The notes beneath the pieces are model-generated. The model saw nothing but the letters and a program-made list of their open reading frames with translations, was not told the DNA's origin and made no database searches. From the human T2T-CHM13v2.0 reference genome, Homo sapiens, in assembly GCF_009914755.1 (NCBI RefSeq), contig NC_060942.1: a stretch of DNA of 64,000 nucleotides. One strand, given 5' to 3'. Below are positions 14,660 through 25,987 of the stretch, one piece after another (the stretch's first letter is position 1; each line of letters begins with the position of its first letter). The translations under genes were made by a program, and so were the position numbers.

Positions 14660-14805
14660 TACATTTTACTTTTTTGTAGTTACTTGCATAATTGTCCTTT
14701 GTCTCCACTTGAATGTCAGCTTTGTGAGGGTGGGGATGTCTGTCTATTCATCGTGAGTCCTCACTTCCTAGCAGGGTCTCACAAAACAATCGATGAATAA
14801 ATGAA
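14660..14805 (+). mobile_element. LINE-2 3' end fragment
   Basis: ccacttgaatgtcagctttgtgagggtggggatgtctgtc...gatgaataaatga. Confidence 0.6.
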
Positions 14806-17440
14806 GAGGCGTCTGGCTAAGATGGGGAAGCTTCATTGCTCCTGGGTCCTCCCTCTTACAACCAACATAGCAGCACCCTGAGAATACCAGAATAATCAGA
14901 GGAGGACTGTGAAAAGTGGAAAGAAGAATGCAGACTGCCTAGGAACCTCTGGACTTAAATTATATGACAGTGAAGCTCCAAGTAAAACTTATTCCCCTAG
15001 CCAAAGGACTGGGAAAAGGATTGCCTAACAGAATAGAACACAGGCTTTTTACTTATTAATACTTGTACCCTAGACAGGCACTAATGAAAAACCTGACCCA
15101 GAGTCAATGGAGACTGATAAGGAGCTGAACCTCCCGCGTCCCTTGGAGGTAATAAGGCAATGTGAGTCAGTGATTTAATTTCCCTGGGAAGATGCCAGTG
15201 AGGCCAAGGGAGGGGGCACTGACGTTCTACCCTCCTCATCTGCAATGAGCCAGTGTGAGTCAGCGCTCTTGCTGGGGTGGTGACAGAAAGATCCAGCAAG
15301 GAGCTGAACATCTCCCTCCACCAGCACCTGTATGCTATACCTAAAAAGGGTGACTACCAGCTAATAGATTAGATAGGAGCCAAAGTCTAATAAAGCATAA
15401 AATGTCCAAGACATAATGGAAAAATCACTCATCATTTCAAGAGCTAAGGCAATCACATCTTGAATGGGAAAATGCAATAAACAGATGCCAACACTGAGAT
15501 GAGCCAGACATTGGAATTATGTGACGGGGATTTTGAAGCAGCCATAATGATATTGCTTCAGTGAGCAGTTACAAACACTTAGGGAATACGTAAAAAGTAA
15601 AATATCTCAGCAAAGAAATAAAAGATATTAAAAAGAACCAAAGGGAAATTGTAGAACTGAAAAACACAGTAACAACAACAAAAAAAATACTTACTGGATG
15701 GGCTTAATAGTAGATTGGAGACAACAAAAGAAATGATTAGCCAACTCAAAAACAAATCAGTGGAAATTACGAACTCTGAATGACAGAAAAAAAGAGACTG
15801 AAAAACATGAACAGAGCCTCAGGGACCTGTGAGACAATAAGACTCGATCTAACACCAATTCATCGGAATCTGGGGAGGAGAGAGAGTGTAATGCTGAAAA
15901 ATGCTTTGAAGAAATAATGGACCAAAGCTTCTCAAATTTGTCAAAAGGTATAAACTCATAAATTTAGGAAGCTGAGCAAACCCCAAACAAGACAAATTTA
16001 AAGACATTCACACCAAGACATGATAATCAAACTTATGAAAACTAAAGACCAAAAAAAAAAAAATTTTGTAAGAGGCTAGAAAGAAACATATTACCTATAG
16101 GGGAACACCAGTCCAAATGACAGCACATTGCTCATCTGAAACCATGGAGGCTAGCAGGAAGGGGCACAACATTTTGCAAGTGCTAAAAGAAAAGAACCGT
16201 CAACTATAAATTCTATATCCCTCATATGTATCCTTTAAGAATGAAGGGAAAATAAGACATTCTCAGATAAAGAAAAACTAAAAGAGTGGGTCCCTAACAG
16301 ACCTACCCTCAAAGAATTACTACCAGAGGTTCTCCAAACAGAAATAAAATAATGACAGAAGGTTTGGAACTTCAGGAAGGAAAGGACAACAGAATGGGTG
16401 AAAGCAGGGGTAAATAGACTTTCTGCTTATGAGTTACTAAATCGTACTTGATGGTTGAAGCAAAAATTATAACATCATGTGATGTAGTGCTCTGTGTATG
16501 CAGAGGAATACTTAGGACAACTATACTTTCAGAGTAGGGAAGCTAACGGTATCAAAATGGAAGTAAGTTTTCCACACTTCAGAGTGGTTAAACAGCAATA
16601 CTAGTTTACTGTGGTTAGTGTATATATTGTAATGCCTAGAGCAACCACTACAAAAACCAGAAGAAACAATGTACTTGGAACACTATAAATAAATCAAAAT
16701 GAAATTCTGAAAAATAATCAAAGGGGATGAAGAAAGGTTGACTAATGGGTACAAGTATACAATTTGAAAGAAAAAATAAGATGTAGCGTTCTATAGGATC
16801 AGTAGGGAAATTATAGTTTACAATAATGTGTATATTTCAAAGTAGAATAATTTGAATGTTTGTAACAAAAAGAAAAGACAATATTTAAGGTGATGGATAT
16901 CCCAATTACATTGATTTTATCTTTACAAATTATATGAATGTATTAAATTATCACATGTACCCCAAAAACATCTATTATGTATCAATTTGAAAATTTGTTA
17001 AAGTAAAAAAAAGTATTCAAGTAACCCATAGAAGACAAAGGAGAAACAGGAACTAAAACAAATAGAACAAATAAGACAAGTGGCAGACTTAAGCTCTAAC
17101 ATATCAGTAATTCCTTTAAATTAAAAGATAGATGGCAGAGTGGATTAAAAATGACACAATTATATACCATATATAGAAAACTCTTCTCAAACATAATGAC
17201 ACAGGTAGATTGTAACTTAAAAGTTGGGGGAAAAAGTCTGTAGGACTAGGTACGAAAGGAAGAAAAAAAAGTTGAGAAAAGATATATTATGCAAAAATTA
17301 AATCAGAGAAAAGCAGGAATGGCTACATCAGTTAAAGTAGATTTCAGAGCAAAGGAAATTACTAAGGACAAAGAGGGTCACTACAGAATGATAAAAGGAG
17401 TCATAAATTAATGAAGAGAATAAGCAAGAAAACTGGCATT
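14806..17440 (+). mobile_element. Old L1M element (5'UTR, ORF1 remnant, start of ORF2) with a nested L1MA 3' end at ~16720-17010
   Basis: ORF1-like gaaaccatggaggctagcaggaag...gtgctaaaagaaaag...aagaatgaagggaaaataagacattctcaga; nested L1MA tail ggtgatggatatcccaattac...tatcacatgtacccc; no intact ORFs. Confidence 0.8.
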
Positions 17441-17459
17441 TTAAAAATATTACCTGATT

Positions 17460-17748
17460 GCCTGGGCGTGGTGGCTCACACATGTATTCCCAGCACTTTG
17501 GGAGGCCGAGGCGGGCAGATCACTTGAATTCAGGGGTTCGAGACCAGCCTGGTCAACATGGTGAAACTCCCATTTCTACTAAAAATACAAAAATTAGCTG
17601 GGCATGGTGGCTCGCGCCTGTAGTCACAGCTACTCAGGAGGCTGAGACATGAAACTGTTTGAACTTGGGAGGTAGAGGCTGCATTGAGCCGAGATCACAT
17701 CACTGCACTCCAGTCTGGGCGACACAGTGAGACTCTGTCTCGAAGAAA
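17460..17748 (+). mobile_element. AluS element
   Basis: Full dimeric Alu; 17-bp TSD aaaaatattacctgatt at 17443-17459 and 17749-17765. Confidence 0.96.
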
Positions 17749-18326
17749 AAAAATATTACCTGATTATATTATTTTCCCTGTTCCCAAAATAAGAAAATGC
17801 TCACATTTCCCAATAAATGGAGAAAGAGCAAGGCTGTCTCTTAAGAAGGGCTCAGCCACTTTATCTGCTGCAGCCTCCTAGTGGTCTCCCTAGTATCTGA
17901 CCAGTTGTTGAAACTCTACCTAGCCAGATTTTTTGCTATTATCCTCAGATGGCATCTCATCTCCTTTTGATGGTGATTATTTCCTAAGATATTTTGTTTG
18001 TAAAACCTAAAAGAGGGTTCAGTAGCTCCTTGTTCTGGTGTTGAGATGGCCTAAGGTCCCCTGGTCAGGTTAAGCCATTGTTGCACCAAGGACAGAGAAC
18101 AAAGATACACTGGAAATCCTGGGGGACCTTGTGATCCCCCTGTCAATGCCTCCTCAAGCCAGGGCCCACCCTCCACGTGTTTGAGGGGGATGTTCCTTCG
18201 GCTGAATGAAGCTCCCAATGCTGACCTCCCAGGCCTGGGTCTGCTGCCACATCCCAACATTAGGATCCACTGAGGCCCTGGAAAGCTGATGGAACTGAAG
18301 CACTCACTACCTGGCTCTGCCAGCCC

Positions 18327-18703
18327 TGATAAGGTTTGGCTGTGTTCTCACCCAAATCTCATCTTCAATTATAGTTCCCATAATCCCCACAGGTCATGGG
18401 AGGGACCAGGTGAAAATAATTGAATCATGGGAGTGGTTTCCCCCATCCTGTTCTCATGATAGTGAATTAGTTCTCACAAGATCTGATAGTTTTTTAAGGC
18501 GCTTCCCTCTTTGCTGGGCACTCATTCTTCTCTCTCCTGCCACCACGTAAAGGAGGACATGTTTTCTTCCCCTTCTGCCGTGATTGTAAGTTTCCTGTGG
18601 CCTCCCCAGCCATGCTGAACTGTGAGTCAATTAAACCTCTTTCCTTTATAAATTACCCAGTCTCGGGCAGCCCTTTATAGCAGCATGAGAACAGACTAAT
18701 ACA
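18327..18703 (+). mobile_element. THE1 (C/D-like) solo LTR
   Basis: tgataaggtttggctgtg...aattaaacctctttcctttataaattacccagtctc...actaataca; 5-bp TSD agccc. Confidence 0.93.
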
Positions 18704-18743
18704 AGCCCCAAAGAGGCAAACCCAGAGGAATAACATTCCTGAT

Positions 18744-20116
18744 CATTCATTCATTCATTCATTCAGTTGTCCAGATGTTGCAGAAACAACAGTGAGCAAA
18801 ACAAACCCAAATCCTGTTCTCATAGAGTTTACATCCATGAAGAAGGCAATTTATTGAGTAATTATAATGATTTCAGTGATAGGGCAGAGGCAGACAATAA
18901 AATAAGTAAAACATGTGACAGATTTGATAGTCATAAGAGCTGTGATGAAAAATAAAGCAGGAAAGGATGATCAACAGTGTTGGGGGAGGATTGCACAGTT
19001 TTCACTAGTGGTCAGGGAAGACTTCACTGAGAAGATATGGTTTGAGTAAAGACAAGAGGTCAAGGATAAAATTGTGTGATTAACTAGGTGTAGTTTATCC
19101 CAGGAGGGGCTGACACCCTGAGGCCAGATCATACTTGGTGAGTTCTAGGAATGGGAAGAAGTTGCTGTAGCTAATGAGGTTTATGGGCATGTGTGTCTGG
19201 GGGTCAGGGAGTGTTGGTGGTGGTGTGCGATGAATGAAAAGTAAGGAAGGATCATGGAAGGCCTTGTGAACGTCATGTCATTGGCCTTTTCTCACAGTGA
19301 ACGTTGGTGCTGTTAAAAGACTTTGAGCAGAAAGATATGATCAGACATTTTTATAAACATCATGTGGCTGTTGGGGTAAGAACTGGCTGTCAAGGGACAT
19401 GACTAGAAGCAGAGAGTCCAGTGGGGACGCCCCTGCAGTACTGCAGGCAGGAACCCACGCTGGCCTGGCCCATGGTTGTGGTAGCAGAGGTGCTGAGAAA
19501 AGCAGCTGGATTCTGGATATGACATGAAGGTGTAGCCAACAAGATGCACAGCAACACTGGATGTGGAGGATGAAAGAAAAGAAGGAGTCAGGAATGACTC
19601 TGAGGTTTTTGGAATTAGCAGCAAGACGGATTAAGTTGCCGTAGCTGAGACAGCAAAGGATTGCAGGAGAAGCAGTTTAGGTTGGGGAGAGCAGGGTTGG
19701 AGAAGGTGGTATTTTATGGATGGCATTTAACGCCTTGAAACTAGATGAGACTGAAAGAGTGCAGATGGAGAGAAGAGGTCCAAGGACATTTAAAGGTTAA
19801 TGATAAGGAGGAAGCAGCAACGGAGACTGAGAAGGAGTAGCCAGATGTCCTGGGAGCCCTGTGAGGGAGGAGGGAGTGGTTGGCTGTGTCTAGTGCAACA
19901 CAAAAGTCACTGGTACCTGAAAGCAGCAGCTGAGAAGGGTGGTGGGAGCAATAGCTCCCTTTGACTGGGTCCAAGAGAAAAGAAAAAGAGAAATTGGAGG
20001 CAGTGGGCAAAGCAACTCTTATGAGGAAATGAGAAAAGTTAAAGTTAGGTGATAGCTAGAGGGATGAGTGGGGCCAAGGGTGGTTTTGCTTTTTTAAGAC
20101 GGGGGAAATTATATAT

Positions 20117-20166
<50 letters not shown>

Positions 20167-20600
20167 TAATGTGCCAGAAGGAAGACTCTAGTGGGAAGGC
20201 CATGGGAAATACAGGACAGAGAATTTCTGGAGTGGGTTACTAATGCACAAGTGGGCAGTCGACCCCTGCTAAGAGGTATGTTTATGAGGCAGTTGCAGGA
20301 GGGAAGCTGTGTTCTGAGGGTCAATGCAGGTGGGAGAGTAGAGGTGGAAGGGAGGCTCTGGAAGATGCCTTCTGGCTTCATCTGTTAAGTCACTGAACTT
20401 GGAGGCAAGGTTATCTCTGAGGATGAGACGGGCTAGGAGGTTAGAGAAGAGAGGGCTATGGAAAGTCACCTTGGAGAGGAGTGGGTGAGATTGCCAGGCA
20501 GCATTCAGCCCCCTGGAGACTAGGGACCGTGATAAGGAGTGAACCTAAAGAGTGATCAGTGGCACAGTTTGTGTGTTTTTGAGGCACTTTGAGCTGCACT
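18744..20600 (-). mobile_element. LINE-2 remnant
   Basis: (ATTC)n tail followed by purine-rich antisense L2 text (ggtcagggaagacttcactgagaag; aggagtcaggaatgactctgaggttttt). Confidence 0.75.
20116..20166. repeat. (TG)n microsatellite
   Basis: TG run with ta interruptions. Confidence 0.95.
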
Positions 20601-21038
20601 AGTGCAGATTTAGAGTAGGGGAGAGAAACAGAGGTAATCTTTCAGGCTCTCTAATACCTGCTGGGGCCAGGGAGTGGCTTCTTGCCTCCCTATCTCAAGT
20701 TAGGGCAGAGGCTCCTTAGTTACCTGTGGCTGAGTAGGTCCTGACCCGCTGCCTTGGGTGGGCAGGAAAAAGGAGGAAGATTTCTCCCATGAGCCCAGGT
20801 AGGAGCCAGGAGCAGCGTCATGCCTGGAAGAGTCTTGGGTCCTGGTGTGGGTCTTTGGGACTATAAAGCAGCATCTCTTCTTGCCCAAGAGCGCCTTGTC
20901 AGCCACGGCTTTGACTGCTCATGCAGTGTCTTCTCTGAAGTCACTCCCATGTGTCAGGCTCACTTATTCTCATCGATTCTCTCATGGAAGTGAGGCCCCC
21001 TTGCCCCTTTCTCATTTTTCTCTCCCATGTACTTTCAG

Positions 21039-21922
21039 GTTTGTGGCCCGCAGGTGTCCAGGATGCAGGTGTAAATGGACAGTGTGGCGACATCCTCACC
21101 AACAAACGGTTCATGCTTGACATGCTGTATGCCCATAACAGGAAGTCTCCGGATGATGAGGAGAAGGGGGATGGGGAGGCTGGGAGGACCCAGCAGGAGG
21201 CAGAGGCGGTAGCCAGCCTTGCTACCAGGATATCCACCCTGCAGGCCAACTCTCAGACCCAGGATGAGAGTGTCAGGAGGGTGGATGTCGGCTGTTTGGA
21301 CAATCGGGGCAGTGTGAAAGCATTTGCTGAGAAATTCAACAGTGGGGACCTGGGGAGAGGTTCCATCTCCCCTGATGCTGAGCCCAATGACAAGGTCCCA
21401 GAAACAGCGCCGGTGCAGCCGAAGACAGAGTCTGATTACATCTGGGACCAGCTCATGGCCAATCCAAGAGAGCTCAGAATCCAAGACATGGATTTCACTG
21501 ACCTGGGGGAGGAGGATGACATTGATGTCCTAGATGTGGACCTGGGTCACAGGGAGGCCCCTGGGCCACCTCCCCCACCCCCACCCACCTTTCTGGGTTT
21601 GCCGCCCCCACCCCCTCCGCCCCTGTTGGACAGCATTCCTCCCCCTCCTGTCCCTGGTAATTTATTGGTTCCTCCTCCTCCAGTGTTCAACGCTCCTCAG
21701 GGCTTAGGGTGGTCCCAGGTACCCAGGGGTCAGCCCACATTCACTAAGAAAAAGAAGACCATCCGTTTGTTCTGGAATGAAGTTCGGCCTTTTGACTGGC
21801 CATGTAAAAACAACCGACGCTGCAGAGAATTCCTGTGGTCAAAACTGGAACCCATTAAGGTGGACACTTCCAGACTGGAGCACCTGTTTGAGTCTAAATC
21901 CAAGGAACTGTCTGTCTCAAAG
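21039..21922 (+). CDS. FHOD3: FHOD3 coding exon (~exon 19): FH1 polyproline region and FH2 lasso
   Basis: Acceptor actttcAG, donor AAG|GTACTG; 884 nt; encodes LRIQDMDFTDL (FHOD-family motif), PPPPPPPTFLGLPPPPPPP (FH1), KKKKTIRLFW and LWSKLEP...LEHLFESK (FH2 start). Confidence 0.97.
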
Positions 21923-23387
21923 GTACTGCTAGTCTTCAGCATGCTTCTTGATTGGAAGTTGGGTAGGGCTGAAGAGATTCGTTCTGTATAAAATACTATT
22001 TTGCATTGCTTTTGCTATTTGGTAAAAAGTCCATTGGTATGAAAATTTGATCTTTAATATAGTGTTCCTTCTGCCACATGCTAGGTGTAGGCTACATGAG
22101 TCAGAGACCCTTATTAGCTAACATGGTCACCAGCTTACTTATATTAGGCAAAGGAGCTTTCAAAGAACCAGATAGCCCTGAGGAAAAGACAAAAATGGTC
22201 AACTAAGGAATGTCAGCATAGCCCAATAGCAGATATTGATGTTAACTAGAGAAAGTGGACTTGCTGACTCACCAAACACGGGATATGCTTATTTAATCTT
22301 ACCTTCATTGACTATGAGTGATAGTAGTAGTTTGAACTTTATCTGTAACCACCCAATAAGCTCAAAGGCAATAATCCAACTGACATTTCTTTGGCTTGGC
22401 CCTGATCAAGCCAGCATTCTGCAGCTATCTAGTTTTCCAGCAGCCGTATATTTGGCATCCTGTCAATATTACACATGCCTCTAGATTTAGTATTTTGGAT
22501 AAATGTTTGAGAGTCCTATAGCCACTGCTGCTGTGATAGTAACAAAGATGTTATACCACTTTTATCAATGGAAACACTGTACATAAAGTTATTGGGCACC
22601 AAAGGTTAAGTCATGGTTAATTTACACTGATAAACTGCAAGATATGGGATCACAGATTTTATATCTAATTCCCTACATTAGTAGAGACTTCTTCGCCTAT
22701 CTTAGCTGACTTTTAAAAACCCATTCTGGATATTTTCCAGTTTTAAAACAGGTTTAAGGTTATCTCCTCTTTTAAGGTATAAGGGGTAGGAGAAAGCACT
22801 TTGTAAAGCATAATTTAGAATAAACATGCAAGAGCTTATAATCATGAATTAATTTTAACTCCCTGCGTTGCTGCATGCATTTATCATCTTTTTGGGTGAG
22901 TATGAAACTGTCTGAGTCAGGTTTCCAGCAATGCCACTTGGGCACCAATTCTGTATCAAAATTACATGCAGGATCCTCAGAACAAGTGAGCCCTTCAGAC
23001 GAGGAGCACAGTGACAGAGTTAGTGCCTGTCACTGCTGTGGGATGTTGACAGGCCAGCCAGGGGAGCTGTAGTTGATCAGCTTCCTTTCAAAATGTGCTG
23101 GGATTCTTAAGCTGCTTGCTGCCCTTCACTGATTGGTGTTTACCCCAGTGTGTGTTTCTCACTCACTCATGGCATGAGTCTAAATCATTTCCAGCCTCAG
23201 GAATCTCCTCAAGTCAAAATTAAAGCTTTCTCATTTACAAATCTACACCGTTAGGATCCAGTGTAAAAAATCATGCCCAATCAGTCCTGTCCTTCAGTTG
23301 AAAGTAGACCCAGCTTTTGTCCTCTCCAGAAAATAACACCTAAGAAAGGGTTGCCAGACACCCACTCTTGGTGTGTCTGTGTCCTGA

Positions 23388-23746
<359 letters not shown>

Positions 23747-23889
23747 TCCCCCTTCCAATTCTTATAGGCAGCCTGACATTTAGGAGAAGACCAGCCACGA
23801 TTAAGACAGCAGTCTGTGGTTGCTAGAAGTTACCCATGACCTGACTTGCTGACACCACCTTCCAACCTACTGACCTAATTGGACAGAAT

Positions 23890-23978
23890 ATTCCTCCTCC
23901 CCCTCCTCCTCCTCCTCCTCCTTCTCTTCCTCCTTCTTCTTCTCCTCCTCCTCCTCCTTCTTCTCCTCCTGCTCCTTC

Positions 23979-24010
<32 letters not shown>

Positions 24011-24015
24011 CCCTC
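23890..24015. repeat. (CCT/CTT)n polypyrimidine low-complexity tract
   Basis: ~125 bp of almost pure C/T. Confidence 0.95.
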
Positions 24016-24558
24016 ATTGCCCACTTGGCTGGCTGCACCTCTAGGCTTTTCGTGGTTCCCGATCAGGTTGCTGGGAAGAAGCTGCCCCTTGACTCAGTAT
24101 TGGGAGGAATAAAATGGAGTAAAAGTATGGAGGTGAAGGCACTCCTAGCTTCATTTTTACAAGATTAAAAGTTTCCTCGAGAAGGCCCAAAATTAATGCT
24201 TCACCTACCTCCCTCCTTCTCTTGGTCCCACTGCAGCCAATTTGGTCCGTGATAATATTCTAGCCTCTTTTGTCTCAGCCCAAAGTTCCATGATTGCCTG
24301 AAGCAGGTAGTGACCTCTAGAACAATGTATTGCCTAGCTAATAGACAAATGTTTGCATAGTTTTTATCAAGTAGGAGCATAAGAGGAAAGTGGTATATTG
24401 GACGAAAAGTTTACCAAACTGATTCCAGAATGTTCTATAATGAGACCCAAAAACCCCTACCTTTGTCTTTGGGATAGGAAATGTGAACAGGAGCTACTTT
24501 ACAAAATGTTACAAAAGGTAAGAATGCAAGTTAGGATTAAAACACGTCACTGTGTTTT

Positions 24559-24868
24559 GGCCATGATGGGTGGCTCATTCTGGTAATTCCAGCACTTTAG
24601 GAGGCCAAGGCAGGTAGATGGCTTGAGCTCAGGAGTTTGAGACCAGCCTGGACAACATGGTGAAACCCCATCTCTATAAAATGTACACACACGCACACAG
24701 CCAGGGATGGCAGTACATTCCTGTAGTCCCAGCTACTTGGGAGGCTGAGATGGGAAGATATCCTGAGCCTGAGAAGGTCAAGGTTGCATTGAGCTGTGAT
24801 CATGCCACTGCACTCCAGTCTGGGTGACAGAGCAAGACTCTGTCTCAAAAAAGCAAAAAAACAACAAA
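24559..24868 (+). mobile_element. AluJ-like element
   Basis: gcttgagctcaggagtttgagaccagcctgg...gagctgtgatcatgccactgcactccag; the linker is replaced by a CA run. Confidence 0.92.
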
Positions 24869-25774
24869 CCCCACATTACACTGGAGAGCTGAATCCATTT
24901 TGCATATGTTACCACTGTAGATATAACCAATTTCATTTCTGTTTCTAATCCTTGACTGTGGTTTTCATAAATCAAAATGTAAACAGCCACTTTGGGTTTC
25001 TGGCTCAGAAATTTTTAAATTAAGTACAATAAATAAAATGCAACAAAAGTAGAGTGAAATAGACTTCACAAGACAGCACAAAACAAAGAGAATTGGTTTT
25101 AGGTTTCATCAAAAAAAGTAACATTAGACCAGAGTTATTGGGCATGGCTGTGACTAAGCCACCCAAAAACAAAGATTCATGAGCCAGATCTAAGGCTGGG
25201 GTGACCACCTAATGAAAAAATGATAAGACTGAAAAGATGCGATTTTTAATTTTCTTTCAAAATAGTTTCTGGAATTGGATCAATTTTTCTCTATCAGCTG
25301 GAATTATATGGTATTTTAATAAGATGAATCATATTGTGTTTTATGGTAAAAGGTAGAAATCCTGTGCTAAATTTCATTATGTTCTGACTGCTGGTCTAAG
25401 ATGTGGTGAGCCCCATAGGAGACAAAGTGACCCTAAGAAAGATGTCAGGGCAGAAAGCCCTGAGACTTCCTTGGGCTTGACATCACCCTGGGGAGCCCCA
25501 GGAAAGTGACTTTCCAACCCTTGTACCTAACCAGGGGCAGCAAAATCCCTCCTGTTCTCAAAGGGTAGCTTCTATGCCCCAAGTTACAGCCAGACCAAAA
25601 CAGACATGGAGTGGAACTCAGTTTCCACTTTGGGGACCTGATGTTGTCTTACTCTCTTGCATTCATTAGGTTTGTCATAGGGAGGGAGCCCAGAATGTAT
25701 CTGGAGAAGTTTATTTATCTTGAAGTTTCTAAATCTATTTGAACTAGTAACAGCAACTTTTAAATAAAAATTAG

Positions 25775-25987
<213 letters not shown>

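Noticed and set aside
20951-21991. 346-aa ORF as a stand-alone gene
   Set aside because: It is FHOD3 exon 19 plus intronic flanks; splice sites at 21039 and 21922 explain it.
23823-24112. Poly-Leu and Gly/Glu-rich ORFs
   Set aside because: Translations of the (CCT)n tract.
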